Shown: positions 52,108 to 61,633 of the stretch, one piece after another
Layout: every line of letters begins with the position of its first letter
Numbering within the stretch: the first letter of the stretch is position 1
Assembly: GCA_047285535.1 (NCBI GenBank)
Contig: JBJBDC010000001.1
Span: 1,984,136-2,048,135, forward strand
DNA: 64,000 nucleotides
Reading direction: 5' to 3'
Origin: Synechococcus sp.
GTDB taxonomy: Bacteria > Cyanobacteriota > Cyanobacteriia > PCC-6307 > Cyanobiaceae
Position numbers and translations under genes: made by a program
Notes under the pieces: generated by a model
What the model was told of the DNA's origin: nothing
Database searches by the model: none
What the model saw: the letters and a program-made list of their open reading frames with translations, nothing else

Positions 52108-53742
52108 ATGTATTTCGACTGCCCTGCACCAATCCCCATCGAAAGAACTGAAAGGGCAGACTATGACCGGAACAACATTAAAGGAATAACTGTATTTGGC
52201 GACAGTATGAGCGACTTTGGCTCAAGATCTGCCGCCATGTACAAACAGGTTCTCTATCCCAACTCCCATCCTGGTTGGAGCGGCACTACGTTCAACCATT
52301 CGAACAACAACTGGCAAACCTTTTTGCGTCAATCCTTGGACGAATCCGACCAAGATCATTCGCGTCAAGACATTACAAACAGCTTGATTGGTGGGCCCCC
52401 AAGCCCGATCAAAGCAAACGACCTCAACTCTTCATATGCCCTGGGTGGTGCCTTGACCGGCCGCAATACGATCTTTGATGTATTGCATTCTCTTGGACAA
52501 TTCCCTCCAGAACTCCTTAACCCTCCTTATGCAGTCGGCAAACTAGGAATACGCTCACAGATTGAGCACTTTGTTCAAAGTGATCCCCACGACCTCTCAG
52601 CTCAGCTCACGGTGATCTGGGGCGGAGGAAATGACATCTTGGCGACGGTCTTACAGCAACAGGAGCTCAGCACTGGTTTTGGGCAGATTCTGAACAACAG
52701 CAGAGCCAATCTGATCGCTTTACTGCGCAAAAGCAATGCAAAAACCGTCTTGATCTCCAGCGGTGCTCCGATCATCGGCACCGTCGACGGAGTGCGCTAT
52801 ACCCTGCCCTACCTAAGAGATCTTCCACAAAGTTGGCAGGAACAAATTCAATCTGGTGCCGCCTCCGTCCTACACGCTCAAACCGAAAAAATAGCAGATG
52901 CCGTGACAAAAATGTTCCCTTATGCAACGATCATTCCTTTCAATAATGAATACGAATACAACTGGGAGCGTTTTGGCGACAAACTTGGAAACTTCAAAAA
53001 ATACGGCATCATCAATACCAAAGATCCTGCGCAAGAAGAAGCTCAGCTAGATCAGAAAGACGGAATCCTGTACAACACGCCTCCCCTCACCAAAAGGAAT
53101 CACCCAATCCAGGGGAAGCGGAGCGAGGATGGTTTTCTCTATTTCGACTCACTGCACCCAACAGAGTCCGGACACAAAATGCTCGCCAAAGCCATCGAAC
53201 TAACACTCGAAGAGCATCAATCAGCAATCAAATCATCACTGACGCAAACAGTAATCACCACACAAAATTCATTCTGCATTGGAACATCAGGCCATGATTT
53301 CATCACTTCATCCACCCATGGCAGCATTCTTCAGGGTGTAGAAGGGAATGACATTCTTCAAGGCCAAGCTGGAGATGACTACCTTCAAGGTGGACTTGGC
53401 AATGACAAACTTGATGGAAAAGGAGGCAGCAATCGCCTGAAAGGGGGACCTGGTGCTGACGTCTTTGTCATTGGCCTCAAAGGGCTGATCGATGGCCCGC
53501 AAATCATTGAAGACTTCAACAGTGAGGAGGGAGACAGAATTTTGCTTTCAACTGCTCTAAGTGAACTGATGGGCGATCCTTTTCTTCTTCCCACCCCTGC
53601 AAAGTGGGACAACGCCATTCAAATCAGGCGCACCAAAGAAGGGAACCTTAAGCTTGAGATCGCGCTGAGTCCAATCAGCACAAGCCCAGGAGTTGTGATC
53701 CTGAACAACATCAAGACCTTGGATTTCAATGCTCTGTCCTGA
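52108..53742 (+). CDS. SGNH/GDSL hydrolase with C-terminal RTX calcium-binding repeats
   Basis: FGDSMSDFG, WGGGND, FDSLHPT; nonapeptides LQGGLGNDK etc.; IEDFN.EEGDRI. Confidence 0.85.
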   Translation: MYFDCPAPIPIERTERADYDRNNIKGITVFGDSMSDFGSRSAAMYKQVLYPNSHPGWSGTTFNHSNNNWQTFLRQSLDESDQDHSRQDITNSLIGGPPSPIKANDLNSSYALGGALTGRNTIFDVLHSLGQFPPELLNPPYAVGKLGIRSQIEHFVQSDPHDLSAQLTVIWGGGNDILATVLQQQELSTGFGQILNNSRANLIALLRKSNAKTVLISSGAPIIGTVDGVRYTLPYLRDLPQSWQEQIQSGAASVLHAQTEKIADAVTKMFPYATIIPFNNEYEYNWERFGDKLGNFKKYGIINTKDPAQEEAQLDQKDGILYNTPPLTKRNHPIQGKRSEDGFLYFDSLHPTESGHKMLAKAIELTLEEHQSAIKSSLTQTVITTQNSFCIGTSGHDFITSSTHGSILQGVEGNDILQGQAGDDYLQGGLGNDKLDGKGGSNRLKGGPGADVFVIGLKGLIDGPQIIEDFNSEEGDRILLSTALSELMGDPFLLPTPAKWDNAIQIRRTKEGNLKLEIALSPISTSPGVVILNNIKTLDFNALS

Positions 53743-53832
53743 CCGACATCTGAGGTCTAGGGATGATCAGAGGCAACGCATCCGACATCATCCTGGGGGA
53801 TAACACGGCGCAAAAGGGGTCCAGAACCTGAC

Positions 53833-54945
53833 ATGACGGCACAGAGCAGCGACTTCAGAGAGATTTTGATCCTCGGCGGCGGACTGATGGGCCTCGCATT
53901 AGCCCATCAGCTGGCTCGACGTGGCCGCACCGTGACCGTGCTGAGCCGGCGGCGCAACGAAGCAGCAGGCTTTGTCGCGGCAGGCATGTTGGCACCCCAT
54001 GCAGAAGGGCTCAGCGGAGACCAGCTCACCCTTGGTCAACTCAGCCTAGAGAGGGTTCCGAGCTGGGTGGCTCAAATTGAAGCGGATAGCGGCCTGCCCT
54101 GCGGCCTGCGTTCGACTGGAATCATCGTTCCCTTTCTGAATACAGAAGAACGAGACCTTTTCCCTACCCGCGATTTTGGTCAATCTCTCGATCGCAGCCA
54201 ACTCGAACAAGAGCTCCCTGGCCTCAGTTCGTCCTGGACCACAGGCCTGCTCTTTGAACAAGACGGCCAGATCGATAACCGCCGCCAGCTGATGCGCGCC
54301 CTAGAAAGCGCCTGCGTGGATCGCGGTGTGATGTTCCAAGAAGGCGTAGAGGTTCAGGAACTTCTCCACACCAGCGACTCCCTCACGGGAGCACGCATCC
54401 GTAACGCCGAAGGAACGATAGAGACCCTGTACTGCAACGAAGCCGTGCTTTGCTGCGGCGCCTGGAGCGCCAAGCTCCTGCCCCTGCTCCCCATCTTCCC
54501 CGTGAAAGGGCAAATGTTGTCACTCCAAGCACCAAGAGGAGCTCTCAAGCGTGTGATTTTCGGGCCTGGAACCTATTTAGTCCCAAGGGAAGACGGCCTG
54601 GTCGTCGTAGGCGCAACAAGTGAACGCGATGCAGGTTTTTACGAGGGCCTCACGCCGCAAGGGCAACAACAACTCAAGAGAGGCATTGCTTCATTACTGC
54701 CTACAGCAGCTGCCTGGCCGCCGATGGAGCGCTGGTGGGGATTTAGACCTTGCACACCAGACGAAGGCCCACTCCTGGGAGCAGGCCCAATCCCCGGGTT
54801 ATGGCTGGCCTGTGGTCATCACCGCAATGGCGTTTTGTTGGCAGCCATCACAACAGAATTGTTGACAGACGCCATCACAAATCAAACCACTGATTCCGAA
54901 AACAGAAGGCTGGTCAAAGCCTTCCGCTGGGACAGATTTCAGTGA
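53833..54945 (+). CDS. thiO: Glycine oxidase ThiO
   Basis: GGGLMG, AAGMLAP, PVKGQ, WWGFRP, GHHRNGVLLA. Confidence 0.9.
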   Translation: MTAQSSDFREILILGGGLMGLALAHQLARRGRTVTVLSRRRNEAAGFVAAGMLAPHAEGLSGDQLTLGQLSLERVPSWVAQIEADSGLPCGLRSTGIIVPFLNTEERDLFPTRDFGQSLDRSQLEQELPGLSSSWTTGLLFEQDGQIDNRRQLMRALESACVDRGVMFQEGVEVQELLHTSDSLTGARIRNAEGTIETLYCNEAVLCCGAWSAKLLPLLPIFPVKGQMLSLQAPRGALKRVIFGPGTYLVPREDGLVVVGATSERDAGFYEGLTPQGQQQLKRGIASLLPTAAAWPPMERWWGFRPCTPDEGPLLGAGPIPGLWLACGHHRNGVLLAAITTELLTDAITNQTTDSENRRLVKAFRWDRFQ

Positions 54946-55022
54946 GCTTCAGTGCTCCAAACCAAACCCCCGAGTGTCATCCCGAGGGCAGGCCGGACAG
55001 AAACACTCTCACAGGGGAGGGC

Positions 55023-55481
55023 TCAGCCCTCGGTTCTCCAGGTCTGATCAGAAGGGGTCCAATCGCTCAACTCAGAGGGCTGGAACCACAGGCCAATCTC
55101 AAACTGAGCTGTTTCCGGTGCATCGGAACCATGAATCACATTGCGACCGATATTGATGGCCAAATCGCCACGAATAGTTCCCGGTTCTGCCTCCAGAGGC
55201 TTAGTGGCACCAATCAATTTGCGCGCACTGGCGATCACTCCATCGCCTTCCCAAACCATGGCCACCACAGGACCTGAGGTAATGAAGTCCACCAGACCAG
55301 CAAAGAAGGGACGCTCTTTATGCACGCCGTAATGCTGTTCAGCAAGCGCACGACTTGGAGTGAGCTGTTTCAGCCCCACCAACTTGAATCCCTTGCGCTC
55401 AAAGCGCCCCAGGATCTCGCCTACAAGACCGCGTTGAACGCCGTCAGGCTTGATGGCAATAAAAGAGCGTTCGGCAGCCAT
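55023..55481 (-). CDS. ndk: Nucleoside diphosphate kinase
   Basis: [24 protein letters not shown]. Confidence 0.98.
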   Translation of the reverse strand: MAAERSFIAIKPDGVQRGLVGEILGRFERKGFKLVGLKQLTPSRALAEQHYGVHKERPFFAGLVDFITSGPVVAMVWEGDGVIASARKLIGATKPLEAEPGTIRGDLAINIGRNVIHGSDAPETAQFEIGLWFQPSELSDWTPSDQTWRTEG

Positions 55482-55728
55482 GACAAAGAAAAAAACCGAC
55501 ACCATGGTCAGTGGACGAAGGCCTAGTTGGCAAGCTTCAACAGCGGATTGCGTTCCAAACAAGGAAAAACGCCCAACCGGCAGCTGTATTCAGCAGGCAA
55601 GATCTCCAAAAATCCAAAGAAAAAACAATCATTACCGATCAAAATCACATCAGGGATGGTTCCTGCCTGCTGAGAAAGGATGTATTCAAAGCAGTCATAT
55701 CAAGCAATTTCATCACTCCTAAACCAAC

Positions 55729-55744
55729 TGTGACTCAGATCACT
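55729..55744. promoter_or_regulatory. CRP-like box, 1 mismatch (TGTGA-ctcaga-TCACT)
   Basis: Intergenic, upstream of the repeat-protein gene. Confidence 0.5.
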
Positions 55745-55812
55745 TGATGGTGTGAGCAACTGGTGTCTGAACGTTGATCGGAATCACCACATCAAACAGA
55801 TTCACAACGGAT

Positions 55813-55828
55813 TGTGAGCAAGGTCACA
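55813..55828. promoter_or_regulatory. Perfect CRP-consensus box TGTGA-gcaagg-TCACA
   Basis: 30 bp upstream of the GTG start at 55859. Confidence 0.65.
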
Positions 55829-55858
55829 TCATCTTCTCTCTAATCCCATTTCTTTATC

Positions 55859-58117
55859 GTGAATTACAACTTCAATGATTTCGACAACACAACGGGGACT
55901 GGCAGCAGTGCGCAGGCCAGTGCTTTCCGTGCACAGAACCTCAGCACCACGTCAAACAACGATCGAGTCTCCATTCAGGCGACTGCCGTCAACATGGATG
56001 GCTATGCCGAAGCGGTTGGTGCTGATGGCTCCAGAATCGCTACCCATGGAGGAAACGACAACATTCGAATCACTGCCCATGCCCGTGGCCTAGACACCAA
56101 TGCCTGGGCGATACGAAATAGCGAGATCGACTCTGGCATCGGCAACGATGATGTTGAGTTAATCGCTACCACCAGTGCCAACGGCTTTGATCCTGCCTAT
56201 GGCGCTGAAGACAGCACGATCAAGCTTGGGGCGGGGGATGACAGCTTCAAAGTTAGAGCACAGGCAACTGGAAATACCACCGGAACCATTGCGTCCTATG
56301 GAGTACTGAATTCGGACATCTCAACAGATAACGGCCGAGATCAAGTCCACATCCAAGCCCATGCCACCAACCGTGGAGGTTATGCCGAAGCCATCGGCCT
56401 TGGTGACGGCACCATCCTGGACACAGGTAACGATGACGACCGAATCCTGATTCGTGCCAGCGCGCGTGGTCAAGAGACCAATGCCTGGGCTGTTCTTGAC
56501 AGCACAGTGCTTACCGGCGACGGCAATGACATTTTGGATTTGCGCGCCTCCACGAACTCCAAAGCCTTCGATCCCTCCTATGGCCTTCAAAACAGCACGA
56601 TCGATCTTGGGGATGGGGGCGACCGGTTAAACATCAGCTCCATGGCCCTGGGCAACACCACGGGCTCCATCGCCGCTTATGGAGCACTCAATTCCACAAT
56701 CACGAGCGGAGATGGCGGTGACCATCTTTCAATCAAGGCCAATGCCCGCAACACAGGTGGCTACGCCGAAGCCATCGGTCTTGGTGACGGCTCGATCCTG
56801 GACACAGGTAACGACGACGACCGAATCCGCATCGAAGCGCGCTCCGCTGGAGACAGTACTAATGCATGGGCAGTACGCGACAGCACGGTGATCACCGGTA
56901 GTGGTAATGACGAAGTCATGCTGATCGCGACGACCAGCTCAGGAGATGTGGACCCTGCCTTCGGAGCCCAGAACAGCTCATTCGATCTGGGTGAGGGAAG
57001 AGACCGTTTTGACATTAATTCTGTCGCTCGGGGGAACACCAGCGAACTCATTGCAGCCTATGGAGCTCTGAACAGCAACATCGACAGCGGGGATGGCGAA
57101 GCCCATATCAACTTGCGCGCTCAGGCCGATAACGGGGGTGGAGAAGCCCTGGCAATGACCGTTGGTGAGAATTCTCGGCTCAGCACAGGCGCAGACAAGG
57201 CTCGCCTCCATCTCAGTGCCAATAGCAACGGCCAAAGCGCAAATGCTTACGCCATTCACAGCAGCCATGTCGAAACCGGCGAAGACCACGACGAGTTGTG
57301 GATTCAGGCCACCAAAACCGGCAATGGCGAAGCCGTCGCATTGGATGCTGGTGCCAGTGTTCAGACCGGAGGAGGCATGGACCGCGTTCATATCGCAGCC
57401 AGCAGCCGAGATGGTGATGGGCAGATCTGGGCCATGCGCGACAGCAGCTTGCACACCGGAGATGATGACGATCAGGTTGATGTGGTTGGCAATGCACTCC
57501 GCAGTGTGATCACAACAGACAAAGGCGATGACCATGTGAGACTTTCAGGCTCAGAAACACGCGAGTTGGTTGTGAACACCGGAACAGGAGACGATGACCT
57601 GATCGTGAATGGTGGTACAGCAATTCGCTACATCAGCGGCGATGGCGTCGATCGTTTCGAGCTCACCCGCAACTACTACGAGGACATGAGCAGGCAAGTT
57701 ACTGTCCACAGCCCCGACCTGAATGACGCCAAATCACAGGCATATCACTACAGCCTCCAGGATCACACGTTCAGAGTGGAGGACTTCCTCACGGGAGTTG
57801 GCGGCGACAGCTTCGAGATCGATGATGTCATCATCGGTCACGCCAATGGATTTGATCGCCGCAGCGCAACCGAGGACGGCTTCCTCAGATTCGTTGAGGT
57901 GGGAAATGACAGCGTCCTGCTCTTCGACGCCGATGGTTCAGCAGGAGATGAATCGCATTGGGTAGCTCTGGCAATCCTGGAAAACGTTTCAATGGAAACT
58001 TTTACAGCAGACAACATTGCAACCAACCTGTTCAATGCAAACAGCCTTGCTCATGATTACGACACATTTACCACAGGCATCGCCGATACAACTTCCTATT
58101 CCCAACTCGAGATTTAG
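55859..58117 (+). CDS. Acidic RTX-like repeat protein with type I secretion C-terminal target-like domain
   Basis: Many TG.G.D turns; ~127-aa super-repeats; C-terminal DF.TG..GD...FLRF...LFDADG...LA.LENV; no signal peptide. Confidence 0.8.
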   Translation: MNYNFNDFDNTTGTGSSAQASAFRAQNLSTTSNNDRVSIQATAVNMDGYAEAVGADGSRIATHGGNDNIRITAHARGLDTNAWAIRNSEIDSGIGNDDVELIATTSANGFDPAYGAEDSTIKLGAGDDSFKVRAQATGNTTGTIASYGVLNSDISTDNGRDQVHIQAHATNRGGYAEAIGLGDGTILDTGNDDDRILIRASARGQETNAWAVLDSTVLTGDGNDILDLRASTNSKAFDPSYGLQNSTIDLGDGGDRLNISSMALGNTTGSIAAYGALNSTITSGDGGDHLSIKANARNTGGYAEAIGLGDGSILDTGNDDDRIRIEARSAGDSTNAWAVRDSTVITGSGNDEVMLIATTSSGDVDPAFGAQNSSFDLGEGRDRFDINSVARGNTSELIAAYGALNSNIDSGDGEAHINLRAQADNGGGEALAMTVGENSRLSTGADKARLHLSANSNGQSANAYAIHSSHVETGEDHDELWIQATKTGNGEAVALDAGASVQTGGGMDRVHIAASSRDGDGQIWAMRDSSLHTGDDDDQVDVVGNALRSVITTDKGDDHVRLSGSETRELVVNTGTGDDDLIVNGGTAIRYISGDGVDRFELTRNYYEDMSRQVTVHSPDLNDAKSQAYHYSLQDHTFRVEDFLTGVGGDSFEIDDVIIGHANGFDRRSATEDGFLRFVEVGNDSVLLFDADGSAGDESHWVALAILENVSMETFTADNIATNLFNANSLAHDYDTFTTGIADTTSYSQLEI

Positions 58118-58171
58118 CCAGGGACAAGCCTAATTCCACAAGGCAATTGCTTCACCACAGCACTATTAATC

Positions 58172-58202
58172 AAGCCCGCTTTTAACAACAAAGCGGGCTT
58201 TC
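58172..58202 (+). terminator. Intrinsic terminator
   Basis: AAGCCCGCTTT-taacaac-AAAGCGGGCTT. Confidence 0.7.
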
Positions 58203-58428
58203 ATCTTGTTAAATCACAACTTTAAGCAGACACTTTCCTGCCCCTTGTGAGGGACAAAGATCAACACAAACAACTTCAATGCACAGCTAGCACGTTAGTT
58301 TCACGTAGATCGAACCATCAAGAGACCAGGCAAGATTCACCAGCATGGCACCCCCCGAAACACTCGACTGTGCTGGCCGGATGAGCGCCCTTCCTTAGAT
58401 TTTCAGCATTAACCCTCTCTCCCGCTCC

Positions 58429-60363
58429 ATGGTGCTGCCCGACCCCATTAATTGGACGGTGATCGATAGTGCCCAGCTCTACGGGCTAGAACGCTGGGGT
58501 GATCCCTACTTCTCCATCAATCCCCGCGGCCATGTGAGCGTTCAACCGCGCGGAGATCGGGGAGGAAGTCTTGATCTGATGGAGCTGGTCTCCGGCCTAC
58601 AAGACCGAAGTCTCGGCCTGCCCTTGCTCATCCGATTCGATGACATCCTTGAAGACAGGCTTGAACGCCTGCACGCTGCCTTTGAACGCGCAATAACGCG
58701 GTACGACTACGACGGTCGCTACCAGGGCGTGTTCCCCGTGAAATGCAATCAACAGCGGCATGTGGTGGAGGAGTTAGTCAGCTGCGGGAGACGTTGGCAT
58801 TTCGGTCTGGAGGCAGGCAGCAAAGCGGAACTCCTGATTGCTCTCTCCTTGATTGAAGATCCCGAAGCGCTTCTCATCTGCAACGGCTATAAAGACCAGC
58901 GCTACATCGAAACGGCCATCCTGGCGAGACGCCTAGGTCGTCGACCTGTGGTGGTCATCGAACAGCCGGACGAAGTACAGCGCATCATCGATGCAAGCCA
59001 GGAGCTTGGAGCAGCGCCACTGATCGGAATCAGGGCACGTCTTTCAAGCCGCAGCACTGGACGCTGGGGAAGCTCTATTGGAGATAAAGCAAAATTCGGT
59101 CTTCCCGCTCCTGAGATCATCTCCACCATTGATGCACTGCGTGAAGCCAACCTGCTGAGCGAATTGCGCCTCTTGCATTTCCATGTAGGCAGCCAAATCA
59201 ATGACATTGCCGTGGTCAAAGATGCCTTGCAAGAAGCCTCCCGCATGTATGTAGAACTTCATGCCTTGGGTGCACCAATGGGTTATTTGGATGTTGGAGG
59301 CGGTCTCGGCATCGACTACGACGGCAGTCGCACAGCGACATCAGCCTCTACCAACTATTCCCTGCAGAACTACGCCAACGATGTTGTGGCGACAGTGAAA
59401 GAAGGATGTGAACCAAAAGACGTTCCAGTACCCATACTTATCAGCGAAAGCGGTCGCGCAATCGCCAGCCATTTCTCAGTGCTGGTCTTTAACGTTCTCG
59501 GTAGCGGTGGCCTTCAGCAGCCGGCACCACCATTCGAACAGGATTGGCCTCTGATTGTGCGCAATCTGTGCGAGACCCTTGAAGGCATCAAAGCTTTACC
59601 CCAAGAGACGCCTACAGATCCCTCACGCCTGCAAGAAGCCTGGAACGATGCACTCAAATTCAAAGAAGACGCCTTAGCCGCGTTCCGTCTGGGGTATCTG
59701 AGCTTGAAAGAGCGCAGCGTGGCGGAACAACTGACATGGGCATGCGCTAGAGCATTGCTCGACCTCCTGCCCGACGATGAAAAACTTCCAGACGAGCTCA
59801 AAACACTTCCAGCTGTCTTGGCCGAAACCTATTACGCCAACCTTTCGATCTTCCGGTCTGCTCCGGACACCTGGGCCATTCAGCAACTCTTCCCGGTAAT
59901 GCCCCTGCATCGTCTGAACGAAAAGCCTGCACGTCTAGGACATTTCGCCGATTTAACCTGTGACTCCGACGGCAAGCTGAATCGATTCATCAACGACGGA
60001 CAAAACAAGCCCCTGCTTGAACTCCATCAACTGAAACCCAACGAGCCTTATCTGATCGGTATGTTTCTTGGTGGCGCCTACCAGGAGGTGATGGGGAATT
60101 TACACAACCTGTTCGGGAGCACAGATGCGGCGCATATCCGCCTGGCACCAGGTGGTGATTACCAAGTGGATCACGTTGTTCGTGGAGACACCAACGCCGA
60201 GGTCCTTGAGATGATGGAACATGATCCCAACCTCTTGCTCGAACGTCTTCGCGTAGCGAGTGAGCAAGCAATCAGCTGCGGGCAATTGCGCATCAGCGAA
60301 GCAAGACGACTGATGGACCACCTTGAAAGCAGCCTGCGTCAGAGCACATATCTACAAAACTGA
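58429..60363 (+). CDS. speA: Biosynthetic arginine decarboxylase
   Basis: FPVKCNQ, GLEAGSKAEL, HFHVGSQI, DVGGGLG.DYDG, DLTCDSDG, GAYQE. Confidence 0.96.
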   Translation: MVLPDPINWTVIDSAQLYGLERWGDPYFSINPRGHVSVQPRGDRGGSLDLMELVSGLQDRSLGLPLLIRFDDILEDRLERLHAAFERAITRYDYDGRYQGVFPVKCNQQRHVVEELVSCGRRWHFGLEAGSKAELLIALSLIEDPEALLICNGYKDQRYIETAILARRLGRRPVVVIEQPDEVQRIIDASQELGAAPLIGIRARLSSRSTGRWGSSIGDKAKFGLPAPEIISTIDALREANLLSELRLLHFHVGSQINDIAVVKDALQEASRMYVELHALGAPMGYLDVGGGLGIDYDGSRTATSASTNYSLQNYANDVVATVKEGCEPKDVPVPILISESGRAIASHFSVLVFNVLGSGGLQQPAPPFEQDWPLIVRNLCETLEGIKALPQETPTDPSRLQEAWNDALKFKEDALAAFRLGYLSLKERSVAEQLTWACARALLDLLPDDEKLPDELKTLPAVLAETYYANLSIFRSAPDTWAIQQLFPVMPLHRLNEKPARLGHFADLTCDSDGKLNRFINDGQNKPLLELHQLKPNEPYLIGMFLGGAYQEVMGNLHNLFGSTDAAHIRLAPGGDYQVDHVVRGDTNAEVLEMMEHDPNLLLERLRVASEQAISCGQLRISEARRLMDHLESSLRQSTYLQN

Positions 60364-60696
60364 GCCAAAACTGTCAGTTCGAAGATTACATCGCCTGCAT
60401 AAAATCAATCCACCAGTCTCGAGGGACAAGTGAATTGAGTGCTTAAGCGACGGATGATCGATCATCTGCCTTACGCGCAGTACACATCAAAGCACTCATG
60501 GAGATCCCTCAGGTGCAATTCCTTCAGGTTGGTCGAGGCAAGAAGACTGCATACCCCAATCTTGTACCAGCACAATCACCTGGTCAGCTGAATGGGAGGC
60601 TCACGATGGCTGTCCAGCAAATGCAAGAGATGAATGTTTTTAGAAACTTCAAAAATCTGCAGTTCAGTCAAAGAAGTCACAGCAAGCGGCGCCATC

Positions 60697-61035
60697 TCAG
60701 ATCCTGATCAAGAGCAAAACCCAAATCAACTTGCAGAGCACATGAAGGCTCTGATCCCAGGCAAGAGTGAAGCGATAACGGGCTTTCAACCAATCAAGAA
60801 TGGCGTGAATCAGTGTTTCCAGCGCTCCAAGCAAGGGAATCCCGGTCAGGAGAGCAACGGCAAGTCCATGGGTGGCAGCATGAGATCCCAGCCACCAACC
60901 CCAATGAAGCGTGCGGTCACGTCCTGGGATCTTTTCAACTGCCATCCGGTCGCTCTGCAGCACAAAATCGCAGACGAAATGAGCCAGCACCAACACGATC
61001 AGAAGATTGAATGATTCCAACGCCGATGCCGACAC
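60697..61035 (-). CDS. DUF3307-family membrane protein
   Basis: AHFVCDFVLQ, H...H, H...D..K, DQSLH. Confidence 0.8.
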   Translation of the reverse strand: MSASALESFNLLIVLVLAHFVCDFVLQSDRMAVEKIPGRDRTLHWGWWLGSHAATHGLAVALLTGIPLLGALETLIHAILDWLKARYRFTLAWDQSLHVLCKLIWVLLLIRI

Positions 61036-61082
61036 AAGGCTGCAAGCCGCTATAGCAGAAGAGGCCGTTCCAATAGTGCTGT

Positions 61083-61619
61083 ATGGAGGGCGTCCAACCC
61101 CGACTGAGCCAGCTGCTGGTCACTCACCTTAAAGAGCTGAAGGCCGAATCTCAGCTGTTCGACAGCGGGGATGTGGTCATCGAACAGCAGAAAAGTGCGG
61201 ATGAGATCCTCCTGGTGATGAGTGGAGAGCTCAGTGTGGAGATCGGTGTGAAACGGGAGCTAGCCCGCATCAAACCAGGGGAAATGCTCGGGGAAATGGG
61301 ACTTTCCGGCAATAACCGACACTGCGCAACGGTTCGAGTGCACCGTGGTCCCGCAGAGATCATTCGAGTCAACGCAGATGCCCTGCTTCGCTTAGCCCTC
61401 TTTGATGGCGATCTTGCGTTGGAAATGCTCGCCCTGACCAGCAACCGCTGCAAGCAAGGCAATCAGCTCACCACGTTGCTCCTGGACTCGATCCAGGCTC
61501 TCTCTGCAGGCAACGAAACTGAATTCCAAACATGCCTGAAACAATTAGCAACCGAAGCAGGCTGTTTCCGGACCGCTGCCAAACAATTGGCGGGAATCTA
61601 CGAGCGTTGTCACCAGTGA
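61083..61619 (+). CDS. Cyclic-nucleotide-binding domain protein
   Basis: F..GDVVIEQ...LVMSGEL...PGEMLGEMGL....H.ATV; no obvious HTH. Confidence 0.8.
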   Translation: MEGVQPRLSQLLVTHLKELKAESQLFDSGDVVIEQQKSADEILLVMSGELSVEIGVKRELARIKPGEMLGEMGLSGNNRHCATVRVHRGPAEIIRVNADALLRLALFDGDLALEMLALTSNRCKQGNQLTTLLLDSIQALSAGNETEFQTCLKQLATEAGCFRTAAKQLAGIYERCHQ

Positions 61620-61633
61620 GGCTCTAACGACCC

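Noticed and set aside
60498..60707. 69-aa ORF after speA
   Set aside because: No motif, and it overlaps the DUF3307 stop; coding status unsupported
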